Shown here piece after piece: positions 22,389 through 33,486 of a stretch of DNA of 36,733 bases (within the stretch, counting starts at the first letter, position 1; each line of letters begins with the position of its first letter). Source of the stretch: Octopus bimaculoides (taxonomy: Eukaryota); contig NC_069008.1 in NCBI RefSeq assembly GCF_001194135.2, positions 9,194,975 through 9,231,707 on the forward strand, in the 5' to 3' direction. The notes under the pieces were generated by a model that had not been told where the DNA came from, ran no database searches, and saw nothing but the letters and a program-made list of their open reading frames with translations. Position numbers and translations under genes: made by a program.

Positions 22389-23222
22389 CAGGGTGCGGAT
22401 GGTATTCATTTGCAGGAAAAAAATAAAAGTGTTTCTATTTTTGGAAATATATTCATCAAATTTGGATCAGTTTGTCTTCAGGACATGTTCTGTCAATGAA
22501 CCCACCTTTGGCCTCGACGACAACCTCCATGTGACTTCAGAACCAACCACAGGCTTTCATCACTATCTCCTGTTTTAGGACCCTGAAAGCCCAGGTAATT
22601 CTGGCCTTCAGTTAGTCAATGTTGCAGTTGGATTTGTTGGTCTCTCATTCTACTGTGCCCCACAGTTGATGGGGTTGCAGTGAGGCAGGTTGAGAGGCCA
22701 AATGTCAGGCCTGGGTCTTCTGGCTGGTATGGCAGGGCACAGAGCCTTGCTGCCTCATGCACAGCTTCCTGTAGTTACCTGGTCAATTTAGAACACGGAT
22801 GGCATGACATCACCTTCACTGCTGATGACACTGAAGACCATGATTGGATATTTCATCTGCATGAATGTGGGTGAAATAGCAAGTCACCTGTTGTTCTGGG
22901 AGTTGATCTTCTGGTCTTGACAGAAATTCTTGTTGGAGAAGAACCACAGCAGGTGTTTCAATGTGTTGATCAGCTTCTTGGTGTGCTTGAGTAATTTTTT
23001 CTGCATTTCCTTGGAGAGAAATAGTCTTTTCTTCATGTTTTTTGAAATGTAGAGAATGTCCTCATGCACCATCACCCTGATGAACTCTTCCATGAATATT
23101 TTTCTCCCTTGCAATGGTACACATTGACTTGCCGGGATCATTGTTGATGATCTGGATTTCATCAATGAATTCCAGTGTTCTGATGGTGTCAGATTGTTGA
23201 TCATGGATTTTCCTCTTTACTG
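22389..23222 (-). mobile_element. Tc1/mariner maT-like (DD37D) transposon, 5'-truncated and decayed
   Basis: VHEDILY..LWFFSNKNFCQDQKINSQNNR, MVFSVISSEGDVMP, QQGSVPCHTSQKTQ and WPLNLPHCNP-like motifs across frameshifts. The terminal TA|CAGGGTG is at 22387-22395. Confidence 0.8.
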
Positions 23223-23223
23223 T

Positions 23224-23263
<40 letters not shown>

Positions 23264-23446
23264 ACAAGTTTCTTTCAGTTTCCACATGCCAACTCTGAAG
23301 GTGCCTACTTTGAGTAAAGTGTTATCTCCAAGCCATAATCTAGTTGATATTTTGTGATTTTTTAAATACTTATTTTTTTTTAGGATGGGATATTGTGTTT
23401 TCTTTTCCTTTTAATGCAAACAGTCACATTTAGCACGTGTGCATGG

Positions 23447-23487
<41 letters not shown>

Positions 23488-23489
<2 letters not shown>

Positions 23490-23696
23490 TAGCAGACGGG
23501 TGTTCACTACTGAGGATGGGCACAGATAGCCTGAAACTGTATAGTCTGGTGATGATTCTGTTGTCTGCCAGAAGATGGTAGGGATTTGCTCCTCTGCTTG
23601 CAATATATATTGGGTGCTCCCTCTCAGGGTTAAAAATGGTAGTCATGTCAAATCCTACGGAACAACCATATTGATGTGACAGTAAACATTACTTCT
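23488..23696 (+). mobile_element. PLE pseudo-LTR fragment (same family as the right half of 20850-21358)
   Basis: TCTAGCAGA..CTGA.GA..GCC.GAAAC..AGAAG.TGGTAGGG.TT..CTCC.CTGCT.GCAAT..CAG.GTTAAAAA..CATATTGATGTG..AACATTACTT aligns with 21128-21358. Confidence 0.75.
23504..23552 (+). ncRNA. Type I hammerhead ribozyme, nearly intact
   Basis: TCACTA-CTGAGGA-T-GGGC ACAGATA GCCT-GAAAC T GTAT A GTC^TGGTGA: 6-bp stem I, 4-bp stem II, 3-bp stem III and a GUC cleavage triplet. Confidence 0.75.
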
Positions 23697-23857
23697 CAGT
23701 ATAGTTACTACTTTCATCTCTCATAGAAATTTTCTAATTATTGGCTTTCTTTGTTTTATATATATACTAGCTGGTCCCATGCCATCAAAAATGACAGCTA
23801 ACTGTAATATTTTGTACATAAAAAAGGTATAAAAAAGATAGAAAAAATTAAACAGTG

Positions 23858-23860
<3 letters not shown>

Positions 23861-23936
<76 letters not shown>
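23861..23936. repeat. (TG)38 microsatellite
   Basis: Perfect TG run. Confidence 0.97.
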
Positions 23937-23937
<1 letters not shown>

Positions 23938-24505
23938 ATATGTGCTTATGTATACACTTATAATTCTATTTTCTATGTATCTTTCTAAATAAATATACAC
24001 AAACACATATACACTCACTCAAATATATAAATATATTTTACACAAACGCACACACATACAAACATTCACCTTCCTCCCTTTTACATGCACACACATAGAC
24101 TCACACAGAGCTGAAGTGATGTTTTTGATTTTTGTTTCGCGCCATTTCACCATCCCACTTCCATTGGTGGATCACCCCTTCCTTTTTCATTCATACGTTG
24201 TGACGGAGAAGCACACAAAAGTATCATTATAGTAGAAGATACGTGACACTCTCTTTGCTACTTCCTCTCTCTCATTGCTGTTACTTTCTCTCACTCCCTT
24301 TCAGTCATGGCTATTACTCTCACTACTTCTCCTTCACTGAATTACTCTTGTCTCTCCTCACCCTTCACCATTCACTCTTACTGTGTGATTTTGGACAAAT
24401 ATATTTGTATATATATATATATACAAATATATAAAAACACTACACTCATTATTATATTAGGATATATATATATATATATATATAATTGTTGAGAATTTGC
24501 TCTTC

Positions 24506-24562
24506 AATCACATAGTTCCAGGTTCAGTCCCACTGCATGACACCTTGGGCAAATGCCTTGCT
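24506..24562 (+). mobile_element. SINE head fragment
   Basis: CACATAGTTCCAGGTTCAGTCCCACTGCATGACACCTTGGGCAAATG, matching the B-box region of the 19311 family. Confidence 0.7.
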
Positions 24563-25084
24563 ATAGAGAGAATACATGGCTGAAGAAGATGAAAAGAAGA
24601 TAGTGATGGGCTGCTAGAGCAAACTCTCAAAGTACAAGATGAGCATGAAAAAGGACATGGAGTGTGAATAGTTTCATAAGAAGGAGAGTAAAAGTAACAG
24701 ATGGTTACAGAGAGGGGTAGAGGTGAAAATAGTGAGTGATGAACAAGGTGGAGGTGTGGTTGAAGGGAAATACCACTTAGAAACAGTGTGGATAAGGTTG
24801 GTAATGAGGAATGGAAGTGGTTCCAGTGGGGGAAGAAAGGAGGGAGGGTGGTAACTACAAGGGTAGGGGATGTGATGTGTGGTGATTCAACTCTCAGCTG
24901 AATACAGTAGCCAAGTAGTACCATAGATAAGGGAACATGTGTTAGGGGATATACATTGGGAGAAATGCATGATACAGCAGAAAAACAGGAGTGGTGGGGC
25001 TGAGTATGAAATGTACAATCATACCAAGTCATTTTAAGATATCATTTTTGCTGCAATTAATGTGTTTTGTCAAGTACAACAAAT

Positions 25085-25320
25085 CATCATTTATCCCATT
25101 CCTCTGTCAGCTCCTCCATAAGACTCAGTATATTGAGATCAGTTTTCAATATTTCGTCCCATGACTTGCTCAATCTCCCTCTTCCACAAATTCCACCCAT
25201 TTTAAGCAATAGACACTTCTTGTCCATATGCATCACATGACCTTACAAGCACAGTCTTCTCTCTTGCACACAACATCTAATTCCTCTTAGGCCTAACTTT
25301 TCTTTCAATACATTGACACT
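25085..25320 (-). pseudogene. RTE LINE C-terminal fragment
   Basis: LKEKLGLRGIRCCVQERRL..GHVMHMD..GRGRLSKSWDEILKTDL resembles the RTE RRLRW.GHV.RM..GRGRP..W motif. Confidence 0.75.
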
Positions 25321-25619
25321 TTGTCATACATACACACTAATATGATATATACAGTAGAGAATACTAATTTCTACTCCCTCGTCTTCCCATGTCCTTGGTG
25401 TTCAGGACCCATGTCTCACTACCATGTAACATTGATGTTTGTACCACATGCATCATACAATCTGCCATTCACTCAGAGAGAGAGAGAGAGAAAGAGAGAA
25501 AGAGACCTTTTGTTGCCAACAGAGGTACTACCACTTTGAACTTTCTACATCCTATTTTTATTGTAGCAACTAGATTTTCAGAACAACCTCCTCCACAGCT
25601 AATTAGGTTACCTAGGTAG

Positions 25620-26092
25620 CAGAGCAGAAATTACCTGCTACCACTAGGGAGCCTCCAGGGCATTTGAAGCAATCAATTTCCCATGCACCGTTGTTTTCAT
25701 AGCACCAGTGCATCTTCCACATATAAGGCTACTTTCTCCATTTACGTACCTGTGATCCCACTGCACCTTTTGTGTGTTTATAGTTTGCAATTGGTAAAAA
25801 AACCCTTTAATCACGTATGACCATGGGATTACACCAAGAAAGTTATCCTCCAAGGCACAAGTCCGGGCAAGGTTAGTTGTGGAAGACCAGCAGTTGCTCA
25901 TGCATACTAGCCTCGCCTCTCAATGCCACCGATGTTGTCCAAGGCAAAGGCAAAGTGACATCACATCTCATTTCTATAGCTGAGTGAACTGAAGCAACTT
26001 GAAATAAAGTGTCTTGCTCAAGAACACAACACAAAGCCCAGTTTGGAATTAAACTCACAATCTGGAAGCTATAAACCTGATGCTCTAATCTT
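25620..26092 (-). mobile_element. SINE-like element, tRNA head at the right end
   Basis: Minus strand GTGAGTTTAATTCC..GTTCTTGAGCAAGACACTTTATTTCAAG matches the head of the 21555 SINE. The left boundary is approximate. Confidence 0.6.
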
Positions 26093-26304
26093 GCACCTCC
26101 ATTTGCATTGGTACAACTTATGAAATTCCTGCCTAAAACTTTCTTACATATCGAGCAGAGGTATTTACTTGAAGGGAGTAGACTTTTATCTGTTTTCCTA
26201 CTTACTGGAATGTTGGTCATTGCTAAGCTAACTTTAAGGTCATTCAAATTCTGTTCTGGTTGTCAAGTGATGGTGGGAAGACAAAGACACACAAATATAT
26301 GAGT

Positions 26305-26450
26305 GGGAACATCAGCATACAGTAATTCCTTTCTGGAATTCTTCTGTTATGACAATAATGAATAGGAGACTGAGAGCTGAGCCTGGTGAACACCTACATG
26401 TACACCAAATTTGTCATTGTACTCCAGGCTAACTCTCACATGACTTGTGT
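26305..26450 (-). pseudogene. RTE reverse transcriptase core fragment
   Basis: VRVSLEYNDKFGVHVGVHQ(G)SALS(P)LLFIIV..ITEEF..ELLYAD with frameshifts. Collinear with the 25085-25320 fragment. Confidence 0.8.
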
Positions 26451-26745
26451 TTCTTTCACATGCCATTCATTTACTCCTCATTTCCCCAGAGGTCACCGAA
26501 TCCCTGAGTGAGGGACTCTAAGGGAGTTCACTTCACTTCACCAAAGGTTTTACCAATAAAGTTTCATTCCTGAATATTTTTGCTAACAAAATTAACTGAC
26601 CACGATATATTCCTCCCTCCAGTTGTAGAGAGGTTAATGTGCCTCTGACAAACAAGTCTGACAAGTTGCCTATCCAACTGAGCACTTTATAGGTGCAAAA
26701 CCAATGGTCACTCTCTAACAGGCCATAACAAACAACCTTCTATGC

Positions 26746-27048
26746 TTTTATTCTTTTACATGTTTCAGTCATTTGATTGTGGCCAGGACTTATTCTTTGT
26801 AAGCCTAGTTCTTACTCTAGTGATCATTTGTGCCAAACCGCTAAGTTATGGGGATATAAACATACCAACATTGGTTGTCAAGTGATGGTGGGAAGACAAA
26901 CACAGTTACAAAGACACACATATACATATATACGATGAGCTTCTTTCAGTTTCTGTCTACCAAATCCACTCACAGTGCATAAGGTGTCATGCACTGGGAC
27001 TGAACCCAGAATCATGTGATTGAGAAACAAGCTTCTTGTCACACAGCT
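26746..27048 (-). mobile_element. tRNA-derived SINE, internally deleted
   Basis: Homologous to 19311-19716 (TTTTATTCTTTTAC.TGTTTCAGTCATTTGA; GGGACTGAACCCAGAA.CATGTG). Confidence 0.85.
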
Positions 27049-27729
27049 ATGCATATGCATATATATATATATATATANNNNNNNNNNNNNNNNNNNNNNN
27101 NNNNNNNNNNNNNNNNNNNNNNNNNNNNNNNNNNNNNNNNNNNNNNNNNNNNNNNNNNNNNNNNNNNNNNNNNNNNNNNNNNNNNNNNNNNNNNNNNNNN
27201 NNNNNNNNNNNNNNNNNNNNNNNNNNNNNNNNNNNNNNNNNNNNNNNNNNNNNNNNNNNNNNNNNNNNNNNNNNNNNNNNNNNNNNNNNNNNNNNNNNNN
27301 NNNNNNNNNNNNNNNNNNNNNNNNNNNNNNNNNNNNNNNNNNNNNNNNNNNNNNNNNNNNNNNNNNNNNNNNNNNNNNNNNNNNNNNNNNNNNNNNNNNN
27401 NNNNNNNNNNNNNNNNNNNNNNNNNNNNNNNNNNNNNNNNNNNNNNNNNNNNNNNNNNNNNNNNNNNNNNNNNNNNNNNNNNNNNNNNNNNNNNNNNNNN
27501 NNNNNNNNNNNNNNNNNNNNNNNNNNNNNNNNNNNNNNNNNNNNNNNNNNNNNNNNNNNNNNNNNNNNNNNNNNNNNNNNNNNNNNNNNNNNNNNNNNNN
27601 NNNNNNNNNNNNNNNNNNNNNNNNNNNNNNNNNNNNNNNNNNNNNNNNNNNNNNNNNNNNNNNNNNNNNNNNNNNNNNNNNNNNNNNNNNNNNNNNNNNN
27701 NNNNNNNNNNNNNNNNNNNNNNNNNNNNG

Positions 27730-27810
27730 AGAAATGTTTGTGGATTATTAGCATCACGCTCTGGAGGAATGAATAAAATGACAGGAGAATATCATCAAAT
27801 TTATACAAAA
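27730..27810 (-). CDS. Candidate internal exon of the host gene (runs into the gap)
   Basis: AAACAG|TT TTG TAT AAA.. gives (I)LYKFDDILLSFYSFLQSVMLIIHKHF, phase 1 and compatible with the 28030 donor. The polypyrimidine tract is weak. Confidence 0.45.
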
Positions 27811-28029
27811 CTGTTTGATTAAATATTCTTCTTTTTCCTTTTCTTTTTTCTTTCCTCTTTTGTTCTGTCTTTTTCTTTTTGCCTGTTATAAAATTGAAAC
27901 TTAAAGACTTTTGATGTCATTCCATCAATGTGTTGATGCTGGTTGCTCTCGTTTATATTTTAAATTTAAATTTCTATAATTTTGAATTCTTATCACTTCT
28001 TATTTTAAACTTGACAAAGACAGACTTAC

Positions 28030-28091
28030 TGTTGAAATATCGTTCAACCAATAAAATATCTATTACAATTGAATTGCGCTCTTTGTCATGA
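28030..28091 (-). CDS. Candidate internal exon of the host gene
   Basis: NAGNAG acceptor TAAG|CAG|TCAT (phase 2), frame HDKERNSIVIDILLVERYFN, consensus donor A|GTAAGT at 28030/28029. Confidence 0.55.
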
Positions 28092-28097
28092 CTGCTT

Positions 28098-28107
28098 AAT
28101 AATAATA

Positions 28108-28160
<53 letters not shown>

Positions 28161-28178
28161 AATAATAATAATAATAAT
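28098..28178. repeat. (AAT)n(GAT)n(AAT)n compound microsatellite
   Basis: Read directly; it abuts the 5' end of the R4/Dong LINE. Confidence 0.95.
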
Positions 28179-30752
28179 CTCAATGGCTTAGAAGGTGTGA
28201 CAAAAGAATAAAATTTCATTGACAAAATAAGATATTCAAGATGGATGCAAAGAAATTTTATAGGGAAATTGGCAAAAGTAAGATAGCGCTGCCTAAGACT
28301 GAGAAAATGGAAGAGTTCTGGAAGAAGATATGGAGCAACAAAAAAAGAATACAATGCTAAAGCTGATTGGATAGAACATGAGGAAATGAGACTGGATGAA
28401 GTTGAAGAGCAGAAATGGGAAGCATTAGAAATAGAAGAGCTAAGGTGTAGTCTTAGGAAGTCTCACAAATGAAAAACCCCAGGACTTCTGGCTGAATTGT
28501 TTGTTAGAAGTACACCAAAATTTCACTATTTCTCTGATGTCATCCAGAACCCAGAGCAAATACCTGTGTGGCTGACTGAAGGAACAACATACTTTCTACC
28601 AAAAAACACAAAGACACAAAAAAATCCAAAGAACTACCAACTAATAACATGTCTCAACACCACCTACAAGAACCTCACATCCATACTAACTGACAGAATA
28701 TACACTTCCCTTGAACAGAGATCTATCCTTCCACAAGCTCAAAGAGGCTGTAAAAGGAATTATTATGGGTGCAAAGATCAATTACTCATAAGTAAAATGA
28801 TTGTAAAGAATTGCCAGAGCAAAAAGAATCCAAATATGGCATGGATAGACTATAGGAAAGCATTTAATAGTGTCCCACATAATTGGGTACTCAAGGCCTT
28901 TGAGATATATAAAATCTCTCCTATCATCTCCAAATTCTTACAAGGTGGCATGGCCAAGTCGAACACGTCTCCTTCTAAACCATAGTAATGGGATGAGACA
29001 AACTAACATCAACATCAAGCAAAGCATCTTTCAAGGTAACTCCTGCTCCCTATTACTCTTTTGCATGGCACTGATCCCACTCTCAAAAGAACTAAATTAT
29101 ACCAGGTATGGGTTCAAAGTTTACAATATGACAATANNNNNNNNNNNNNNNNNNNNNNNNNNNNNNNNNNNNNNNNNNNNNNNNNNNNNNNNNNNNNNNN
29201 NNNNNNNNNNNNNNNNNNNNNNNNNNNNNNNNNNNNNNNNNNNNNNNNNNNNNNNNNNNNNNNNNNNNNNNNNNNNNNNNNNNNNNNNNNNNNNNNNNNN
29301 NNNNNNNNNNNNNNNNNNNNNNNNNNNNNNNNNNNNNNNNNNNNNNNNNNNNNNNNNNNNNNNNNNNNNNNNNNNNNNNNNNNNNNNNNNNNNNNNNNNN
29401 NNNNNNNNNNNNNNNNNNNNNNNNNNNNNNNNNNNNNNNNNNNNNNNNNNNNNNNNNNNNNNNNNNNNNNNNNNNNNNNNNNNNNNNNNNNNNNNNNNNN
29501 NNNNNNNNNNNNNNNNNNNNNNNNNNNNNNNNNNNNNNNNNNNNNNNNNNNNNNNNNNNNNNNNNNNNNNNNNNNNNNNNNNNNNNNNNNNNNNNNNNNN
29601 NNNNNNNNNNNNNNNNNNNNNNNNNNNNNNNNNNNNNNNNNNNNNNNNNNNNNNNNNNNNNNNNNNNNNNNNNNNNNNNNNNNNNNNNNNNNNNNNNNNN
29701 NNNNNNNNNNNNNNNNNNNNNNNNNNNNNNNNNNNNNNNNNNNNNNNNNNNNNNNNNNNNNNNNNNNNNNNNNNNNNNNNNNNNNNNNNNNNNNNNNNNN
29801 NNNNNNNNNNNNNNNNNNNNNNNNNNNNNNNNNNNNNNNNNNNNNNNNNNNNNNNNNNNNNNNNNNNNNNNNNNNNNNNNNNNNNNNNNNNNNNNNNNNN
29901 NNNNNNNNNNNNNACTGCCACAAAACAAACATAATGGATCAAGCAGACAGCAAAAACGAATGGGCAGAAACAAATTGAGGAGCAGTGGAGCCAGAGGTCT
30001 CTGCATGGACAGTATATACTTCGAAATCGAAATGTTGATGTAGATCAAGCAACAATCCATCAGTGGCTGAGAAGTTTAGGACTGAAAGCAGAGACTAAAG
30101 GCTTCATATTGGTGGCATAAGACTAAAGCTTGCTTACAAGAAACTACCAAGCTAACGTTCTTCAAAATGGTTCTGACCCTAAATGCAGAAAATCTGTGAT
30201 ACAATTGATGAAACAATAGACCATCTCGTCTTGGGATGTTTTGTGCTGACACCAAACGGATACAAAAATCACCACAATAGGATAGGACAGTATTTACATT
30301 GGAAAATATGTAAACACTACAAAATCAGCACTCCTGTTTACTGGTATGAACATCACCCTGAGCCAGTTGTTGAAGGTAAAAATGTCACTGTCGTCTGGAA
30401 TTTTCCAGTCAATGCTGACGGAATGATCCAGGTTAATCGTCTAGACATAATTATTGAAGACAGTGAAGGAAACACCTGTAGACTAATAGATGTCAGTGTT
30501 CCCACTGATAAAAATATATCTCTAAAGGAATTTGACAAATTAAATAAACATAAGGAGCTGCAAATTGAAATACAAAAGATATGTCATCTTAAAGTGAGAA
30601 CTGTTCTTGTTATAATAGGTGCCCTAGGTATGATAAAAAGGGGATGTTAGAAACATCTAGATAACATCCCAGAAGAACCATGTCTCAGAGATATCCAAAA
30701 GATTGTGGTGACAAGTACTGCCCACATCCATAGAAAAACCCTATCTATTTAA
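28179..30752 (+). mobile_element. R4/Dong-clade non-LTR retrotransposon (RT plus restriction-like endonuclease), 5'-truncated and decayed
   Basis: PVWLTEGTTYFLPK..KNYQLITCLNTTYK, QRGCK..GCKDQLL, AWIDYRKAFNSVPH and IFQGNS.S.LLFC (RT). ETIDHLVLGC..HNRIG..HW (CCHC region). RLDII..IDVSVPTD..KEFDK (RLE). Stop at 30750-30752. Confidence 0.92.
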
Positions 30753-31159
30753 ATGTATGTGTTGTGTTACATGAAGATATTTTGCTACTGCCTCTGCCAC
30801 TCCCAAGCTTTCAGTCAAACTGTAACATTTCTTATGATGGTACAGTATTATACATTTGAAAAAATGAGTAGAGATAGCTTTTTGGGGGACAATTTTTGTT
30901 TTAATAATAATGTTTACAGTGAACGATTCTGGTATGAGTTTCAAGCTTCAAATTAAAAATTGTCCTCTAAAAAGCTTCTCTACTCATTTTCTCAAATATA
31001 CATACATTTATATGTATATCATCATCAGCGTTTTATCACATGTTCGATAATTTATTTGGTTTCTTCTTAACCACTTCTTCCCCTCTGAGAGCCATTTCTG
31101 AACAGACTTAATTAAAGCCATAGCTTTAAGTCTTAATCTAGAAGTTTAAATATATCATA

Positions 31160-31515
31160 AACATATCTTAACCAACCTAAAGTTCACTTATGTCTAAACA
31201 CTGCTTGGTGCTGATACTGCTGTAAATTTTTCCTGACCTGGCAGTCTATTGGTGCAAATTAGTCAATGTTGTTGACTGTGTTTTAGTTAAAGCTACAACT
31301 TTAAGTTGACTCAGATTTGTCTCTCTTTGGTATTTTCCATTGAATATGGCTAAAGAGCTAGAAACGGATTTAGGAATCCGGCAGGGGGCAGCAATGGATA
31401 GATATGGTGTTTTTACACCTTTTTTGCCATAAGAGAGAAATTTTTTCTCCATGGTAACTGTAGTGACTTTAGAAGTTGAAATATGTCACAATCATATTTT
31501 AACTAACTTAAAGTT
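31160..31515 (-). repeat. Inverted copy of the 17890-18235 dispersed repeat
   Basis: AAGTTCACTTATGTCTAAACACTGCTTG..GGTGTTTTTACACCTTTT..ATATGTCACAA..ATATTTTAACTAAC is the reverse complement of the 17.9-18.2 kb segment. Confidence 0.8.
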
Positions 31516-31553
<38 letters not shown>

Positions 31554-31666
31554 TTGATAGATACACATACAAACCCACACGCATGACAGATGAGCAGGAG
31601 GATAGACAGGCATGCAGTGGAAATTATTGAAGCAAATAATGGTCCAGTCTCTGGTTGTTTACTCAC

Positions 31667-31768
31667 ATGTGACAGGTAAAGTGGGTCCATAGTGTAAAAC
31701 TGGATTAGGGCCAGCAACTTCTCTGTAAGACTGTCAGTGAACTCACTCAGGCAGAAGTTGACATTTAA
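31667..31768 (-). CDS. Internal coding exon of the host gene (34 codons, phase 0-0)
   Basis: Acceptor TCTCATTTTGTCATGCCAG|, frame LNVNFCLSEFTDSLTEKLLALIQFYTMDPLYLSH, consensus donor |GTGAGT, length exactly 102 nt. Confidence 0.75.
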
Positions 31769-32330
31769 CTGGCATGACAAAATGAGACAGAGACAGATGT
31801 TAAGAAATGGCAACTATATACATATACTTACAAAGAAAAAACAGACTATGCATAAACACACGCAAACACAAAATAAAACCAAACACATAGGCACACACAC
31901 ACACATACACAGCCAACAAACAACCCGTAACACACATAAACAAATATCAGATCGCCCTTTTACCAAAAGCATATTTCTTCAACTGTGAAATTCATCATTT
32001 CTTGAAATTATCTCCCCTTCTCTTTCAGTTTTGCTAATGATTATTATCAGTTTTTTTATTTTATTTCATTCTCTGAGTGTGGAGATAATTCTAATAAATT
32101 AAGAATTTATTGTGTATGGGACATTCACTACACCTNNNNNNNNNNNNNNNNNNNNNNNNNNNNNNNNNNNNNNNNNNNNNNNNNNNNNNNNNNNNNNNNN
32201 NNNNNNNNNNNNNNNNNNNNNCATGCTTTAACCTATTAAGGTGTCACATAAAACCATCTCAATTTCTCATAATTTTGCTCACAACTGATGGGGTTCTTTA
32301 GTCTTACAGGTTAAAAGGTTACTTCACAAA

Positions 32331-32500
32331 TGCTGGTGCCATGAGAAAAAAAATCACCCAGTACACTCTGTAAAGGACATCCAGATGTAGAAGATATGCA
32401 AGAACTGACATTGGAGCAAGATGTCATTCTCTGACCCAATGGACTTTGTCAAACCGTCCAAACCATCCAAACATGGAAAGTGAACATGAAATGATGATGC
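32331..32500 (+). mobile_element. Third copy of the RTE-tail repeat
   Basis: CACCCAGTACACTCTGTAAAG..CATCCAG..GTCAAACCGTCCAAACCAT..CATGGAAAGTGAACATGAAATGATGATG. Confidence 0.65.
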
Positions 32501-32504
32501 TAGT

Positions 32505-32566
<62 letters not shown>

Positions 32567-32666
32567 AACCAAATGACGGAAAAAACATTTCCTTCAAAAG
32601 GATCTAAAACATCCTATTCACTGGTATAACAGTTGAATACCACAGATAAAAGGGTATAATTATAAT

Positions 32667-33254
32667 ATACAAATATTAAAAGAAATATAGATATACAATT
32701 GACAAACGAAAAATTTATTTACATTATAATGTAATATAATATAATATGAAAAATATATGATATAAGATAACATAACAAATTTTAGAAAAAACACATATAA
32801 AACCAGCAATTTGTTTTGACTTATATACAGTGGTGAATTTATAAAAAATTCCTATCTATGTACACTGGCCTCTTAGGGCCTTGGTTAAAAAAACAAAACA
32901 TACGAAATTCCATGTAAGGACTACCAGATTGTAAAAATATTGATTAAAAAATACCTATGTTTAGAAGCATGAGCATTAATAATTTAAATACATAATAAGT
33001 ATTTTTGCAATTTGGCAATACTTACATGGAATTTTGTATGTTTTTTTAACCAAGGCCCTCAAGAGGCTTATATACATAGATAGGAATTTTTTATAAATTC
33101 ACTACTGTATATAAGTTGAAACAAATCATTGGCTTTATATGAGTTTTTAAAAAATATTTGCTATCTTATATTATATTTTTTATAGTATATTATATTCTAA
33201 TGTAAGTAAATTTTTAGTTAGTCAATTCTATTTCTCTATTTCATTTAATATTTG

Positions 33255-33257
<3 letters not shown>
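32667..33257. mobile_element. About 590-bp palindrome (arms 32667-32941 and 33000-33257), each arm with a decayed hammerhead
   Basis: GAATTTATAAAAAATTCCTATCTATGTA and GGGCCTTGGTTAAAAAAACA are inverted between the arms. Right arm: AAGGCC-CTCAAGA-GGCTTATATACA..TGTATATAAGTT-GAAAC..GGCTTT. Confidence 0.85.
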
Positions 33258-33299
<42 letters not shown>

Positions 33300-33486
33300 C
33301 AATTAGAAAATGGAGGAGAAAATGCGGTACCCATCGACTTGCAGACAGTGTATTCCGTTGAATTAATTAATTTATTTAGTAACTAAAATGACAAAAACCA
33401 CAATATACAAATGCTTATGACATACCATGTTATATTAACAATCAAGGTTACAAATATAAAGTACATTAGGAATTTGAGAATAAACA

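Noticed and set aside
27016-30060. Long ORFs of 240-350 aa in the ORF track
   Set aside because: They are mostly X residues spanning N gaps, not real open frames.
31040-31100. Micro-exon KWLSEGKK that would bridge phase 0 to phase 2 between the 31667 and 28091 exons
   Set aside because: The phase fits (CAG|AAATGG..AAGTG|GTTAAG), but the donor is weak and the exon only 26 nt. It needs RNA-seq.
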